Assembly (NCBI GenBank): GCA_038141925.1
Contig: JAYQJB010000002.1
Location: 377,443 to 441,442 of the forward strand
Length of the DNA stretch: 64,000 nucleotides
DNA from: Gammaproteobacteria bacterium
GTDB lineage: Bacteria; Pseudomonadota; Gammaproteobacteria; Magnimaribacterales; AG-339-G14
Reading direction: 5' to 3'
Shown here: in pieces, positions 9,302-18,496 of the stretch
Layout of the letters: each line of letters opens with the position of its first letter
Position numbering within the stretch: the stretch's first letter is position 1
The notes under the pieces: model-generated
Database searches by the model: none
Told to the model about the DNA's origin: nothing
The model's input: only the letters and a program-made list of their open reading frames with translations
Position numbers and translations under genes: made by a program

Positions 9302-10009
9302 ATGTCAGAGCTAGCAACTTTAAAAACAGAAGGAGATGTATCAATAATTACTTTGGATGATGGGAAGGCAAACGTATTTTCTTATCCAATGTTAGAAACC
9401 CTTCAAAAAATTCTGTCTGAGATTCCTAAAGACAAAGGCTCAGTAATTATAACTGGCAGAGACGGAATGTTCTCTGGAGGTTTTGATTTAAAAACTTTTG
9501 CTTCGGGCGATGTTGATTTAATAAAAAACATGTCATCTTTGGGGTTTAAAACTTTATTTGATTTGTATACTTTTCCAAGACCAGTAGTTGCTGCAATTTC
9601 TGGCCATGCGGTAGCGCTTGGCATTTTTGTAGTTTGTTGTTGTGACTATAGAATTGGTATAGATGGGGAATTTGTGGTTCAAGCAAACGAAGTAAGAAAC
9701 AACATGGACATCCCTGTACCAATAATGGAAATTGCTGCAAGTCGAGTAGATAAGCAACATATTTATAGAGCTCTTTTTCATGCAGATCCTTATAAAATGT
9801 CCGATGCCGTGAGCGCAGGCTGGATAGATGAAGTTGTATCCTCTCCGGGAGACCTTATGAAAAGAGCAATGGAGAAAGCAGAAGATTTAGCAACTTTAGG
9901 TCATCCGATGTACCAAAAAACTAAAGAAGTTTTTCAGCAAGATATTGTAGAAAAAATCCAAGCAAATTTACCTAATCCTTCAGATAATCCAAGCTTCGTA
10001 TCGGTTTAG
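9302..10009 (+). CDS. enoyl-CoA hydratase/isomerase (crotonase) family protein
   Basis: 235 aa. GRDGMFSGGFDLK oxyanion-hole segment and PVVAAISGHAVALG, both typical of the crotonase fold. Confidence 0.8.
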   Translation: MSELATLKTEGDVSIITLDDGKANVFSYPMLETLQKILSEIPKDKGSVIITGRDGMFSGGFDLKTFASGDVDLIKNMSSLGFKTLFDLYTFPRPVVAAISGHAVALGIFVVCCCDYRIGIDGEFVVQANEVRNNMDIPVPIMEIAASRVDKQHIYRALFHADPYKMSDAVSAGWIDEVVSSPGDLMKRAMEKAEDLATLGHPMYQKTKEVFQQDIVEKIQANLPNPSDNPSFVSV

Positions 10010-10044
10010 TTATTCGTAAACTTCTTATATAATCCAATTCCTTT

Positions 10045-10120
10045 GGGGCTATAGCTCAGCTGGGAGAGCGCCTGATTTGCATTCAGGAGGTCCGCGGTTC
10101 GATCCCGCGTAGCTCCACCA
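10045..10120 (+). tRNA. tRNA-Ala (anticodon TGC)
   Basis: Acceptor GGGGCTA/TAGCTCC with the G3:U70 identity pair, anticodon loop TTTGCAT, T arm CGCGG-TTCGATC-CCGCG, encoded CCA. Confidence 0.95.
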
Positions 10121-10129
10121 AAAAAACCT

Positions 10130-10158
10130 TTGACAGTAGTACTGTCATAATCTATATT
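10130..10158 (+). promoter_or_regulatory. sigma70-type promoter (TTGACA, 17-nt spacer, TATATT) with embedded palindrome TGACAGTA-g-TACTGTCA; copy 2 of 2
   Basis: TTGACA at 10130-10135, TATATT at 10153-10158, 17-nt spacer, inverted repeat at 10131-10147. 25 of 29 nt are identical to 1575-1603. The ATG at 10166 lies only 7 nt after the -10 element and has no Shine-Dalgarno. Confidence 0.5.
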
Positions 10159-10165
10159 TTATTTC

Positions 10166-12013
10166 ATGAGAGCATTACACGACTTAGTTATTAGAAACGG
10201 AAAAATTGTTGATGGAAGTGGAAAAAAACCTTTCCATGGAGACCTTGCAATTGATAATGGGAAAATATCTGCAGTAGGAATTGTCGAAAATCCAGGAAAA
10301 AAAGAAATCGATGCCAAGGGCAATATTGTTACGCCAGGATGGGTAGATATTCATACTCATTATGATGGTCAAGTCTGTTGGGACCCATATTTAACGCCAT
10401 CAAGTTGGCATGGTGTTACTACAGTTGTGATGGGAAATTGTGGAGTTGGCTTTGCTCCTGTTAAACCTGGCGATGAGGAATTTTTGATTCAATTGATGGA
10501 AGGAGTTGAAGATATCCCAGGCACGGCTCTTCACGAAGGAGTTGACTGGAATTGGGAAACTTTTCCAGAGTTTTTAGATGCAATAGAAAAAAAGGATTTT
10601 GTCATGGATCTAGGTTTCATGTTCGGACATGGTCCTTTGAGAAGTTACGTCATGGGTTATGAAAGATGTCAAAGTCAAGTTGATGCCTCGGAAGAAGAAA
10701 TTTCAAAAATGTCGGATATTGTCACCGAGGCAATTGAATCTGGTGCTTTAGGGTTTAGTACTTCTAGAACAATTTTACATCGAGATGTTCATGGAGTTTA
10801 TGTTCCTGGAACCGAAGCAAGCTCAGAAGAAATGAAGTCTCTGGCTTTTGCAATCGATAAAGCTGGCGAGGGAACATTGGAAATTGTGTCTGACTGGCTA
10901 GATAAAGAAATCGAAATGTCTTGGATGAGAGAATACGTTGAAAAAAGCGACTGTGGACTAACAGTCCTTCAGACAAGTGGAGACGCAGTAAAAACAATTT
11001 TATTTTGTGAAGAACAATTTCTAAAAGGTAAAAATGTTAGGCCCCAATTTCCAGGTAGGAATGTGGGCATGATGTTTGGTTTGGAAAGTTCTTTGCATCC
11101 TTTTATTGGTCATCCTTCTTATCGCGAAATAGCAGACCTTCCTTTATCCGAGAGGGTAAAAATTATGAAAGCTCCTGCTTTTAAAGAAAAACTACTTAAT
11201 GAAAACCCAAATTTAGCTTCTGAGATAGAAAAATCAATGAATGAGCAAGACAGTGCTAAATCTCAAGAAGAAATAAAAGAGGCAGCCAACTTAGGCCTAA
11301 AACTTATTTCCAATTACGATACGCAGTTTATTTTGGGAGATCCTCCTAATTACGAACCTGGAAAAGAAGACAGTATCGCAGCTTTAGCAAAGTCTAAAAA
11401 CATATCTGAACTTGAGGTTATTTATGATGAATTTCTTAAAAACGAGGGAACTAATCTGGTTTATGCATGTTTTACCCCTTATGAAAATCATAAATTAGAT
11501 TTCGTAGAACGAGCTTATGGTCTTAAATCGTCTGTAGCCGGTGGAAGCGATGGCGGCGCTCATTGTGGATTGATATGTGATGCAAGTATGCCAACAACTA
11601 ATTTGTCTCATTGGGCAAGAGATAGAGAAGCTGGCAAAAAAATTCCAATTGAATTAATTGTCAGAAAACAAACTAAGGATACTGCCGAAACTTATGGTTT
11701 GTTCGATCGAGGAGAAATTAAAACCGGAATGTTAGCCGACCTAAATATTATCGACTTCGACAAGCTTAATGTCACTCATCCAAAAATGGTATATGACTTA
11801 CCTCTAGGAGGAAGAAGATTAATCCAAACTTCTTCTGGTTACTTGGCAACAATTAAAAGCGGCGAAGTAGTCTACGAAGCTGGCGAAGCTACAGGCGTTC
11901 TTCCAGGAAAATTAATTCGAGGAAAACAAACTTGTGAAGTAAAAACAGAAAAGGAAAGAGTTCCTTTCATTGATCGAACTTTTCGTTTGATGTCTGTAAA
12001 AGCTTTGAAATAA
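10166..12013 (+). CDS. N-acyl-D-amino-acid deacylase (D-aminoacylase) family amidohydrolase
   Basis: 615 aa. N-terminus DLVIRNGKIVDGSG, metal-binding DIHTHYDGQ, and GVTTVVMGNCGVGFAP, typical of this amidohydrolase subfamily. Confidence 0.85.
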   Translation: MRALHDLVIRNGKIVDGSGKKPFHGDLAIDNGKISAVGIVENPGKKEIDAKGNIVTPGWVDIHTHYDGQVCWDPYLTPSSWHGVTTVVMGNCGVGFAPVKPGDEEFLIQLMEGVEDIPGTALHEGVDWNWETFPEFLDAIEKKDFVMDLGFMFGHGPLRSYVMGYERCQSQVDASEEEISKMSDIVTEAIESGALGFSTSRTILHRDVHGVYVPGTEASSEEMKSLAFAIDKAGEGTLEIVSDWLDKEIEMSWMREYVEKSDCGLTVLQTSGDAVKTILFCEEQFLKGKNVRPQFPGRNVGMMFGLESSLHPFIGHPSYREIADLPLSERVKIMKAPAFKEKLLNENPNLASEIEKSMNEQDSAKSQEEIKEAANLGLKLISNYDTQFILGDPPNYEPGKEDSIAALAKSKNISELEVIYDEFLKNEGTNLVYACFTPYENHKLDFVERAYGLKSSVAGGSDGGAHCGLICDASMPTTNLSHWARDREAGKKIPIELIVRKQTKDTAETYGLFDRGEIKTGMLADLNIIDFDKLNVTHPKMVYDLPLGGRRLIQTSSGYLATIKSGEVVYEAGEATGVLPGKLIRGKQTCEVKTEKERVPFIDRTFRLMSVKALK

Positions 12014-12063
12014 CTTTGGAATTATAGAAAAAGTCCTTTTTAAAGTAGTGTTGTTACCGACGA

Positions 12064-13396
12064 CTAAATAGCAGTTTCTAAATTAGCTTTATCTTTAGCA
12101 TATCTTCGTCCTGCAATGTAATAGCATGGAATGGCAAGTGATCCGATGAAACCAAAGACTAATAAAGACCAGGTGTAAGGCTCCGCAAGAGTATCCCTTG
12201 TTAAATCTATTAAAATTCCTGCTCCTAGGGAACCTATAGTGAGACCAATTAAATTTATACAAAGAATATAAAACGCAACGATTGTCGCTCTAATTTTTTC
12301 TGGAACTAACTCTTGAACAGTTGAAAAAGTAGGACCATAAAAACATCCAAGCTGAAAGTATCCTACAACTACTCCAACCCAAAAAATTACCGTTGTCGGT
12401 TCTACAAATCTATAAATAACACCTAATGGTAATAAAATAAGAGATAACCAAAACAAGAAAATGGGCCTTCCTTGATTTGTCTTTTCCAACCACCAGTCAC
12501 TTATTAAACCGCCAAATAAAACTCCTGCCAGCCCTGCAAATACAGCGATTATTCCTGATATTTGAGCGATTACACTTCTATCAAAACCCCTTTCTTCAAC
12601 CAACCAAATTTGTTCAAAAGCAGCTGCGCCAAGAATAATATGATAGAAAACACCTCCAGAGATTGTTAGTGTTAATGCTGGCGATTTTTTCAAAGCATTT
12701 ACTAAAATTGTCATTACCTCGGCAAAAGAAAGTTTTTCTTCTTGTGCATTAGTGGAATTCTGAATGTCTATTCTTTTCTTATCTTTAAAGAGCAACATAC
12801 AAAGCCCTAAAAAGACACCAATAATTCCTAGCATGTAAAAACAGCCTCGCCAGCCAATTGTTTCTCCAAGATGGCCTTCTAAAAAAACTGGTGACTTTAT
12901 ATCTGCTACAAATCCAACTAATAAAAGACTTATCGCAACGCCTAATGGAACTCCTAAGTAATAAAATCCTGAAGCAAAACCCATCCTTTTTGGAGGGAAG
13001 GCATCTCCCAAAAGAGACATTGAAGTTGGAGTGAGAATTGATTCTCCAACGCCAATGAACATTCTAGGAAGAGCTAAAGTGATAAAGCCTTTAGCTGCAC
13101 CTGATGCCATTGTAAAAATACTCCAAAGCACAACTCCAAAGGCAATCAACTTAGTTCTATTTACTCGATCAGCCAAAGCCCCCATAAATAGACCCATGAT
13201 TGAATAAAAGAAAATAAACGCTAGAGAAGTCAGCAAGTCCAAATTGCCATCCGGTAAGTTCTAGCTCTGGAACAATGTAGTTAGCAAAACTTGCAATTAA
13301 TTGTCTATCAGTAATGTTTAGAAGATTTAGTACAGTCAGAAAAAAAAGAAGTCTATATGGATTCATACTTATAGGATATTGTGAAAGAATTGTCAT
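12064..13396 (-). CDS. MFS transporter; one frame break
   Basis: Multi-TM protein with the MFS loop motif GALADRVNRTK. Two overlapping ORFs join near 13235-13245. The length is a multiple of 3 plus 1. Confidence 0.8.
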
Positions 13397-13425
13397 AGTA
13401 TAGGATTTTTAAAAAAATATAAAAA

Positions 13426-14016
13426 ATGTTTGTTTTGGGCGTAACAGGTGGAATTGGGTCTGGCAAATCAGCAGCAACTGATATTTTTTTCTTCTCTGGG
13501 ATTAAGATAGTCGATGCCGATGTTTTATCTAGAGTTCCCGTTCAAAAAGGAGAAGCAGGCCTTTTTGAGATAGAAAAAAGATATGGTTCTGAAATTCTTC
13601 TTTCTTCAGGAGAACTGGATAGAAAAAAATTAAGAGAAATAATATTTGAAAAAGAAGAAGAAAAAGATTGGTTAGAAAATTTACTTCATCCTCTAATAGC
13701 AGATTTAATTAAAGAGGAATTAAAATTATCTTCTTCCAAGTATACAATCCTTGCTTCTCCATTATTGTTTGAAACTAAACAGTCTGATTATTGCGATGAA
13801 GTACTAGTTATTGATGTATCTGAGGAAACTCAAATTTTAAGAACAAAGACGCGAGACGATGTTCCTGAAGAACAAGTGAAAACCATAATTCTCTCGCAAA
13901 TCAATCGTTCTGAAAGACTTAGGTTAGCAACTCATATCATAGAAAATGAAAATACTTTAGATGATCTAAAAAAAGCTGTAAGCAGAATTACATCAAAAAA
14001 TAATTACCCAAATTGA
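13426..14016 (+). CDS. coaE: dephospho-CoA kinase
   Basis: 196 aa with the N-terminal P-loop GVTGGIGSGKS. Followed by yacG, as in gammaproteobacteria. Confidence 0.9.
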   Translation: MFVLGVTGGIGSGKSAATDIFFFSGIKIVDADVLSRVPVQKGEAGLFEIEKRYGSEILLSSGELDRKKLREIIFEKEEEKDWLENLLHPLIADLIKEELKLSSSKYTILASPLLFETKQSDYCDEVLVIDVSEETQILRTKTRDDVPEEQVKTIILSQINRSERLRLATHIIENENTLDDLKKAVSRITSKNNYPN

Positions 14017-14022
14017 AAATAA

Positions 14023-14175
14023 ATGAAATGTCCAAGTTGTAAAGAAGAAATTTCAGAAATTGCTGACAAAAAATTTAGACCTTTCTGCTCAGAAAGATGT
14101 CGCTCTTTAGACCTGTCAGATTGGCTTAACGAAAGAAATGTTATTTCTTCGGACTTATCTCATTCAGAAGATTGA
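14023..14175 (+). CDS. yacG: zinc-binding DNA gyrase inhibitor YacG
   Basis: 50-aa ORF, below the track cutoff: MKCPSCKEEI...FRPFCSERCRSLDLSDWL. This is the CPxC...RPFCSxRC...DLxxW YacG pattern, immediately after coaE. Confidence 0.8.
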   Translation: MKCPSCKEEISEIADKKFRPFCSERCRSLDLSDWLNERNVISSDLSHSED

Positions 14176-14702
14176 AAAAATCCACTGATACCTGCAATAC
14201 CTTGAGCACCGTTTTCTTTTGCAATTTTAAGGTCTTCTTGCTTTAAACCTCCTAAAGCAAAACTAGGTCCCGGAAATAATTTGGCAAGGTTAGAAAATTC
14301 TTCCCACCCTAATGCAGGATTTTTATTTGTAACATTTTTAATTGGCGAGATAAAAATAAAATCCAAGTTAAGTTGCGCAGCTTTAATAACTTCATTTTTA
14401 TTATGACAGGAAGCGCCGGTTAAAGAGGAACTCAACTCGTTTGTTTCAGTTAAATCACTAGAAGTTAGATGAAGGCATTCATGATTAGAAATAATATCTT
14501 TCAATCTCGAATTCAAAATTACTTTACCTCCCTTAGTTTCATAAATTTCTTTAGTTTTATTCCAGTGCTCCAGAGAAAAATCAAATACATCTACACGGTA
14601 GATTAAGTACTTTGAAGTACCAGATAGTTTTTCGATTAGAGAAAAGAAGTTTTCTGTAATTTTTTTTGGAGTGATGGGAATAAATCTAGCTTCTGTAATC
14701 AC
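14160..14702 (-). CDS. thiamine-phosphate synthase (ThiE/TenI) family protein
   Basis: 180 aa. GASCHNKNEVIKAAQLNLDFIFISPI and ALGGLKQEDLKIAKENGAQGIAGISGFF match the ThiE-fold C-terminal half. No Nudix box is present. Confidence 0.6.
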   Translation of the reverse strand: MITEARFIPITPKKITENFFSLIEKLSGTSKYLIYRVDVFDFSLEHWNKTKEIYETKGGKVILNSRLKDIISNHECLHLTSSDLTETNELSSSLTGASCHNKNEVIKAAQLNLDFIFISPIKNVTNKNPALGWEEFSNLAKLFPGPSFALGGLKQEDLKIAKENGAQGIAGISGFFQSSE

Positions 14703-15861
14703 TATTAATCGATACGTACTCTGGTGAAAGGTCTGATGTCATGATAAGAGCCGATTGTTTAGATTTTCCAAGATTGATTTCAATATTGATTGTTTTTTTT
14801 CTAAATTCCTTTTTGCCCTTTGCTTCGGAATATTTTGGACTTAGATTTCCATTGACTAAAACCGGATGACCTCCAATTTTAAGTGTTAGATTTTTCATAT
14901 CAAATTCCTTTGCATCGGCATTTCCTGCGGCGGTAATGATTCTGCCCCAATTGGGATCTTCACCGTATGCTGCTGTTTTAACTAAAGGAGAATTTGCAAT
15001 TTTTAAAGCAACTTTCTTAGAAGCTTGATAGGAGCTTAATCCCGAAACTTTAATCTTAATGAGTTTGGTTGCACCTTCTCCGTCTAAACCCATCTTTTCA
15101 GCCAATTCTCTAAAGACCTCAAAAAAGTTATTCTTAATTTTTTTGTGATATTTCTTAAAATCACTTTTTATTTCTGAAGTTGTTGCAAAAATACTTGAAT
15201 CACTTGGAGACTGATCTCCATCAATTGAGATGGCATTAAATGTCTGATCGCAAATATCCCTATGCAATTTCTTCAATTGAATTTTTGTAAGTTTTAGATC
15301 TGTAAAAATAAAACTGAGGGTAGTTGCCATATTTGGTTCAATCATCCCAACTCCTTTTGCAACTCCAATTACATTTATTTTTTGATTCCCTGGCTTGAAT
15401 TTCTTTTTTACTACCTTATGTCGAGTATCTGTAGTCATTATTGCGTTAGCAAAGTCTTCCCAAGAATTTTTGCCTAACTGATTGGTACATTTTTTAAAAG
15501 CTTGAGAAAGCTTTTTGGTATCTAGTAATTCTCCTACCACACCAGTAGAGAAGGGTAGGATATTGTCTTTGGATACGTTTAATAAAGAAGAAACATCTTC
15601 AATAAGTTTTTCAGAGTCTTTTTTCCCTTTCTTACCGGTTGCAGCATTTGCATTTCCTGCATTGACCATTAAGACCTTCGGTTCTGCAATATTTTTATTC
15701 ATTTTTTTCAAACATATTTCAACTGGAGCAGACTTAAATTTATTCGAGGTAAATAAACCAGACCAAATTGCCTCCTTCTCAAGTTTTACTATTGAGGTAT
15801 CCAATCTAGTTCCATACTTTGTCTTTGAGGACGCACAACCAATTTTTATATCTTTCAACAT
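14686..15861 (-). CDS. argJ: bifunctional ornithine acetyltransferase / N-acetylglutamate synthase
   Basis: 391 aa. Self-cleavage site region EPNMATTLSFIFTD. C-terminal YVSINSDYRS. Confidence 0.93.
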   Translation of the reverse strand: MLKDIKIGCASSKTKYGTRLDTSIVKLEKEAIWSGLFTSNKFKSAPVEICLKKMNKNIAEPKVLMVNAGNANAATGKKGKKDSEKLIEDVSSLLNVSKDNILPFSTGVVGELLDTKKLSQAFKKCTNQLGKNSWEDFANAIMTTDTRHKVVKKKFKPGNQKINVIGVAKGVGMIEPNMATTLSFIFTDLKLTKIQLKKLHRDICDQTFNAISIDGDQSPSDSSIFATTSEIKSDFKKYHKKIKNNFFEVFRELAEKMGLDGEGATKLIKIKVSGLSSYQASKKVALKIANSPLVKTAAYGEDPNWGRIITAAGNADAKEFDMKNLTLKIGGHPVLVNGNLSPKYSEAKGKKEFRKKTINIEINLGKSKQSALIMTSDLSPEYVSINSDYRS

Positions 15862-18494
15862 TATCTTTTTTTCTTTTTTCTGTTAGCTTTTGCTTGCAGT
15901 CTTCTTAAACGTCTGTTTCCTTCTGCTGGTTGATCGTTACTGGATGCTTGTTGTTTAGACACAGAATTATCCATAAATGCTGAAGGCGAATTTTCATGCA
16001 CTGTTTTAGTTTTTTCTAAAACCTCTCTAGATTTCATTTTTTCAATTTCTTCTTCGTCTTCAGGTTTTACTTCGACGCGGCAGAGGAACCTTGTAGATTC
16101 TTTTTTAATTGTTTCAAGAAGTTGTTCAAACATCTCAAACGCTTCTCTTTTGTACTCAAGACGCGGATCTTTCCCTGCATAACTTCGAAACCCAATGTTT
16201 TGTCTGAGCGAATCAAGTTGATTGATATGATTTTTCCAACTCTGATCAATGACCTGAAGGATGATTTGATTTTCCAATTGAGAATAAACGTTTGGAAATT
16301 TATTTCTTTTTTCTAAGTAAATTTCGTCAGCAAAATCCAAAAGCTTATTCAGCACCTCTTGCGTGTTGGATTCACTATTTTCTAATTCAGCTTTTAAATT
16401 AAATTGCAGATTAAATTCAGATTCTAGGATGTTTGTTAGTTCATCAACTTTCCAATTGGTTTCTATTTCATATTCAGGAATATGAGCTTCAAAAGTCGAG
16501 CTCAAAACATCAGCTCGCATATTTGAAATTAAGTCGTCTAAATCTTTATCTTCTAATATTTCCTTTCTTTGCTTATAAATTACCTGTCTTTGTTCATTCA
16601 AGACATCGTCAAATTCTAGAATTCTTTTACGAATATCAAAATTCCTACCTTCAACTCGTCTTTGAGCTCGTTCTATAGAATTAGTTAACATCTTATGTTC
16701 TATAGATTCTCCTTTTTTCATTCCACCAAAGGATTGCATTAGAGCTTTCATTCGGTCGGGGGCAAATATCTTTAGCAAGCCGTCATCTAGTGATAAGAAA
16801 AACTGCGAAGAACCGGGATCACCTTGCCGCCCTGACCTTCCTCTCAGCTGATTATCAATTCTTCGGGATTCATGTCTCTCGGTGCCGATGACATGCAATC
16901 CTCCCAATTCAACAATTTCCTTTCTGGCTGTTTCAGATTCTGGGAATCCTCCAAGGACAATATCTGTTCCTCTTCCAGCCATATTTGTAGCTATGGTCAC
17001 AGCTTTTTCTTTTCCAGCTTGGGAAATTATTTCTGCCTCTTGTTGATTTTGTTTAGCATTTAAAACACGATGATGAATATTTAAGGTATCTAGTTTTTTT
17101 GACAAAACTTCAGAGTTTTCAACAGATATGGTGCCAACAAGAATGGGATTGCCTTTTTCGTGATAAGTCTTTATCTCATCGATGATGGCATCATTTTTTT
17201 CATCCTCTGTGAGATAAATTTTATCGTTTTTGTCTTCTCTAACCATTGGAAGATTTGTGGGAATAGAAATTGCTTCCAAAGAATAAATTTCATCAAATTC
17301 TCTAGCTTCTGTTTTCGCAGTTCCTGTCATTCCTGACAGCTTTTCAAACATCCTGAAGAAGTTTTGAAAAGTAGTAGATGCAAGTGTTTGACTTTCAACT
17401 TGAATGTCTAGATTTTCCTTTAATTCTAAAGCTTGGTGAACCCCATCAGAGAGTCTTCTGCCCGGCATCGCTCGACCTGAATTCGTATCAATTAAGATGA
17501 CTTTTCCATTTTGAACTATGTAATCGGTATTTTTTTCAAAGAGAGTTTCAGCCCTAATAAGAGCTTGAACCATATTCAGAAGTTTTAAATTTTCACTGGC
17601 ATACAGACTCACAGAATCCTCGAGGAGGTTATTTTGCTTGAGATAATTTTCTATTTTTTCATGCCCATTTTCGGTAATTTCAATTGATCTGGATTGCAGA
17701 TCTATAGTGAAGTCTCCTGCTTTAAGTACTTCTTCTTTTTCAAAATCAAACTCTTCCTCAGTGAGACTTTTCACCACCGGCTTAAGTTTTCTGTAGAGAG
17801 GCCCATTATCTTCTGCAACGCCACTTATAATTAGAGGAGTTCTGGCTTCATCGATTAGTATCGAATCCACTTCGTCTACCACTACAAAATAAGGATCTCT
17901 TTGTAGACGATCTTCCTCTCTAAGAACCATATTGTCTCTAAGATAGTCAAAGCCCAGCTCGTTGTTTGTGGCATAAACAACTTCTTTAGCATAGTTTTCT
18001 TTTTTTTCTAAAGGATTAAGTTCTGGAGTTATATATCCAACATTCATTCCCAAGCCTTCGAAAATTGGAGCCATCCAGTTTGCATCCCTTTTCGCCAAGT
18101 ATTCATTAGCAGTAACTACAATGACACTTTTTCCAGTAAGTGCATTGAGATAACAGGGTAGGGTTGCAACCAATGTCTTGCCTTCTCCAGTTGCCATTTC
18201 AGCAATCATGCCTTCATTTAAAATGGCACCACCGATTAGTTGACAATCGTAGTGACGAAGTCCTAAAAATCTTTTACTTGATTCTCTTACAGCTGCAAAC
18301 GCCTCTGGCATGAGGTCTTCTAAACTTGAACCTTCGGAAAGTCTTTCTTTTAATTTACTAGTAGTATTTTTTAGTTCTTCGTCCGTGAAAGAATCAAAAT
18401 TTTGTTCTAAATCATTTATTGAATTTACAACGCTTCCGAGTTTGCGTAAAACTCGCTTATCTTTGTTTCCAAATAAGAATGACAATATGGACAT
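15861..18494 (-). CDS. secA: preprotein translocase ATPase SecA
   Basis: 877 aa. MATGEGKTLVATLP Walker A, VDEVDSILIDEARTPLIISG, TNMAGRGTDI, basic C-terminal tail. Confidence 0.98.
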   Translation of the reverse strand: MSILSFLFGNKDKRVLRKLGSVVNSINDLEQNFDSFTDEELKNTTSKLKERLSEGSSLEDLMPEAFAAVRESSKRFLGLRHYDCQLIGGAILNEGMIAEMATGEGKTLVATLPCYLNALTGKSVIVVTANEYLAKRDANWMAPIFEGLGMNVGYITPELNPLEKKENYAKEVVYATNNELGFDYLRDNMVLREEDRLQRDPYFVVVDEVDSILIDEARTPLIISGVAEDNGPLYRKLKPVVKSLTEEEFDFEKEEVLKAGDFTIDLQSRSIEITENGHEKIENYLKQNNLLEDSVSLYASENLKLLNMVQALIRAETLFEKNTDYIVQNGKVILIDTNSGRAMPGRRLSDGVHQALELKENLDIQVESQTLASTTFQNFFRMFEKLSGMTGTAKTEAREFDEIYSLEAISIPTNLPMVREDKNDKIYLTEDEKNDAIIDEIKTYHEKGNPILVGTISVENSEVLSKKLDTLNIHHRVLNAKQNQQEAEIISQAGKEKAVTIATNMAGRGTDIVLGGFPESETARKEIVELGGLHVIGTERHESRRIDNQLRGRSGRQGDPGSSQFFLSLDDGLLKIFAPDRMKALMQSFGGMKKGESIEHKMLTNSIERAQRRVEGRNFDIRKRILEFDDVLNEQRQVIYKQRKEILEDKDLDDLISNMRADVLSSTFEAHIPEYEIETNWKVDELTNILESEFNLQFNLKAELENSESNTQEVLNKLLDFADEIYLEKRNKFPNVYSQLENQIILQVIDQSWKNHINQLDSLRQNIGFRSYAGKDPRLEYKREAFEMFEQLLETIKKESTRFLCRVEVKPEDEEEIEKMKSREVLEKTKTVHENSPSAFMDNSVSKQQASSNDQPAEGNRRLRRLQAKANRKKKKR

Positions 18495-18496
18495 GT

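Noticed and set aside
1575-10158. The two 29-nt repeats read as attL/attR direct repeats bounding an integrated island next to tRNAs.
   Set aside because: The repeats lie downstream of two different tRNAs and do not include any tRNA 3' sequence. No integrase, excisionase or mobility gene lies between them. Each repeat is positioned exactly as a promoter for the next gene, with 17-nt spacing and an appropriate distance to the start codon.
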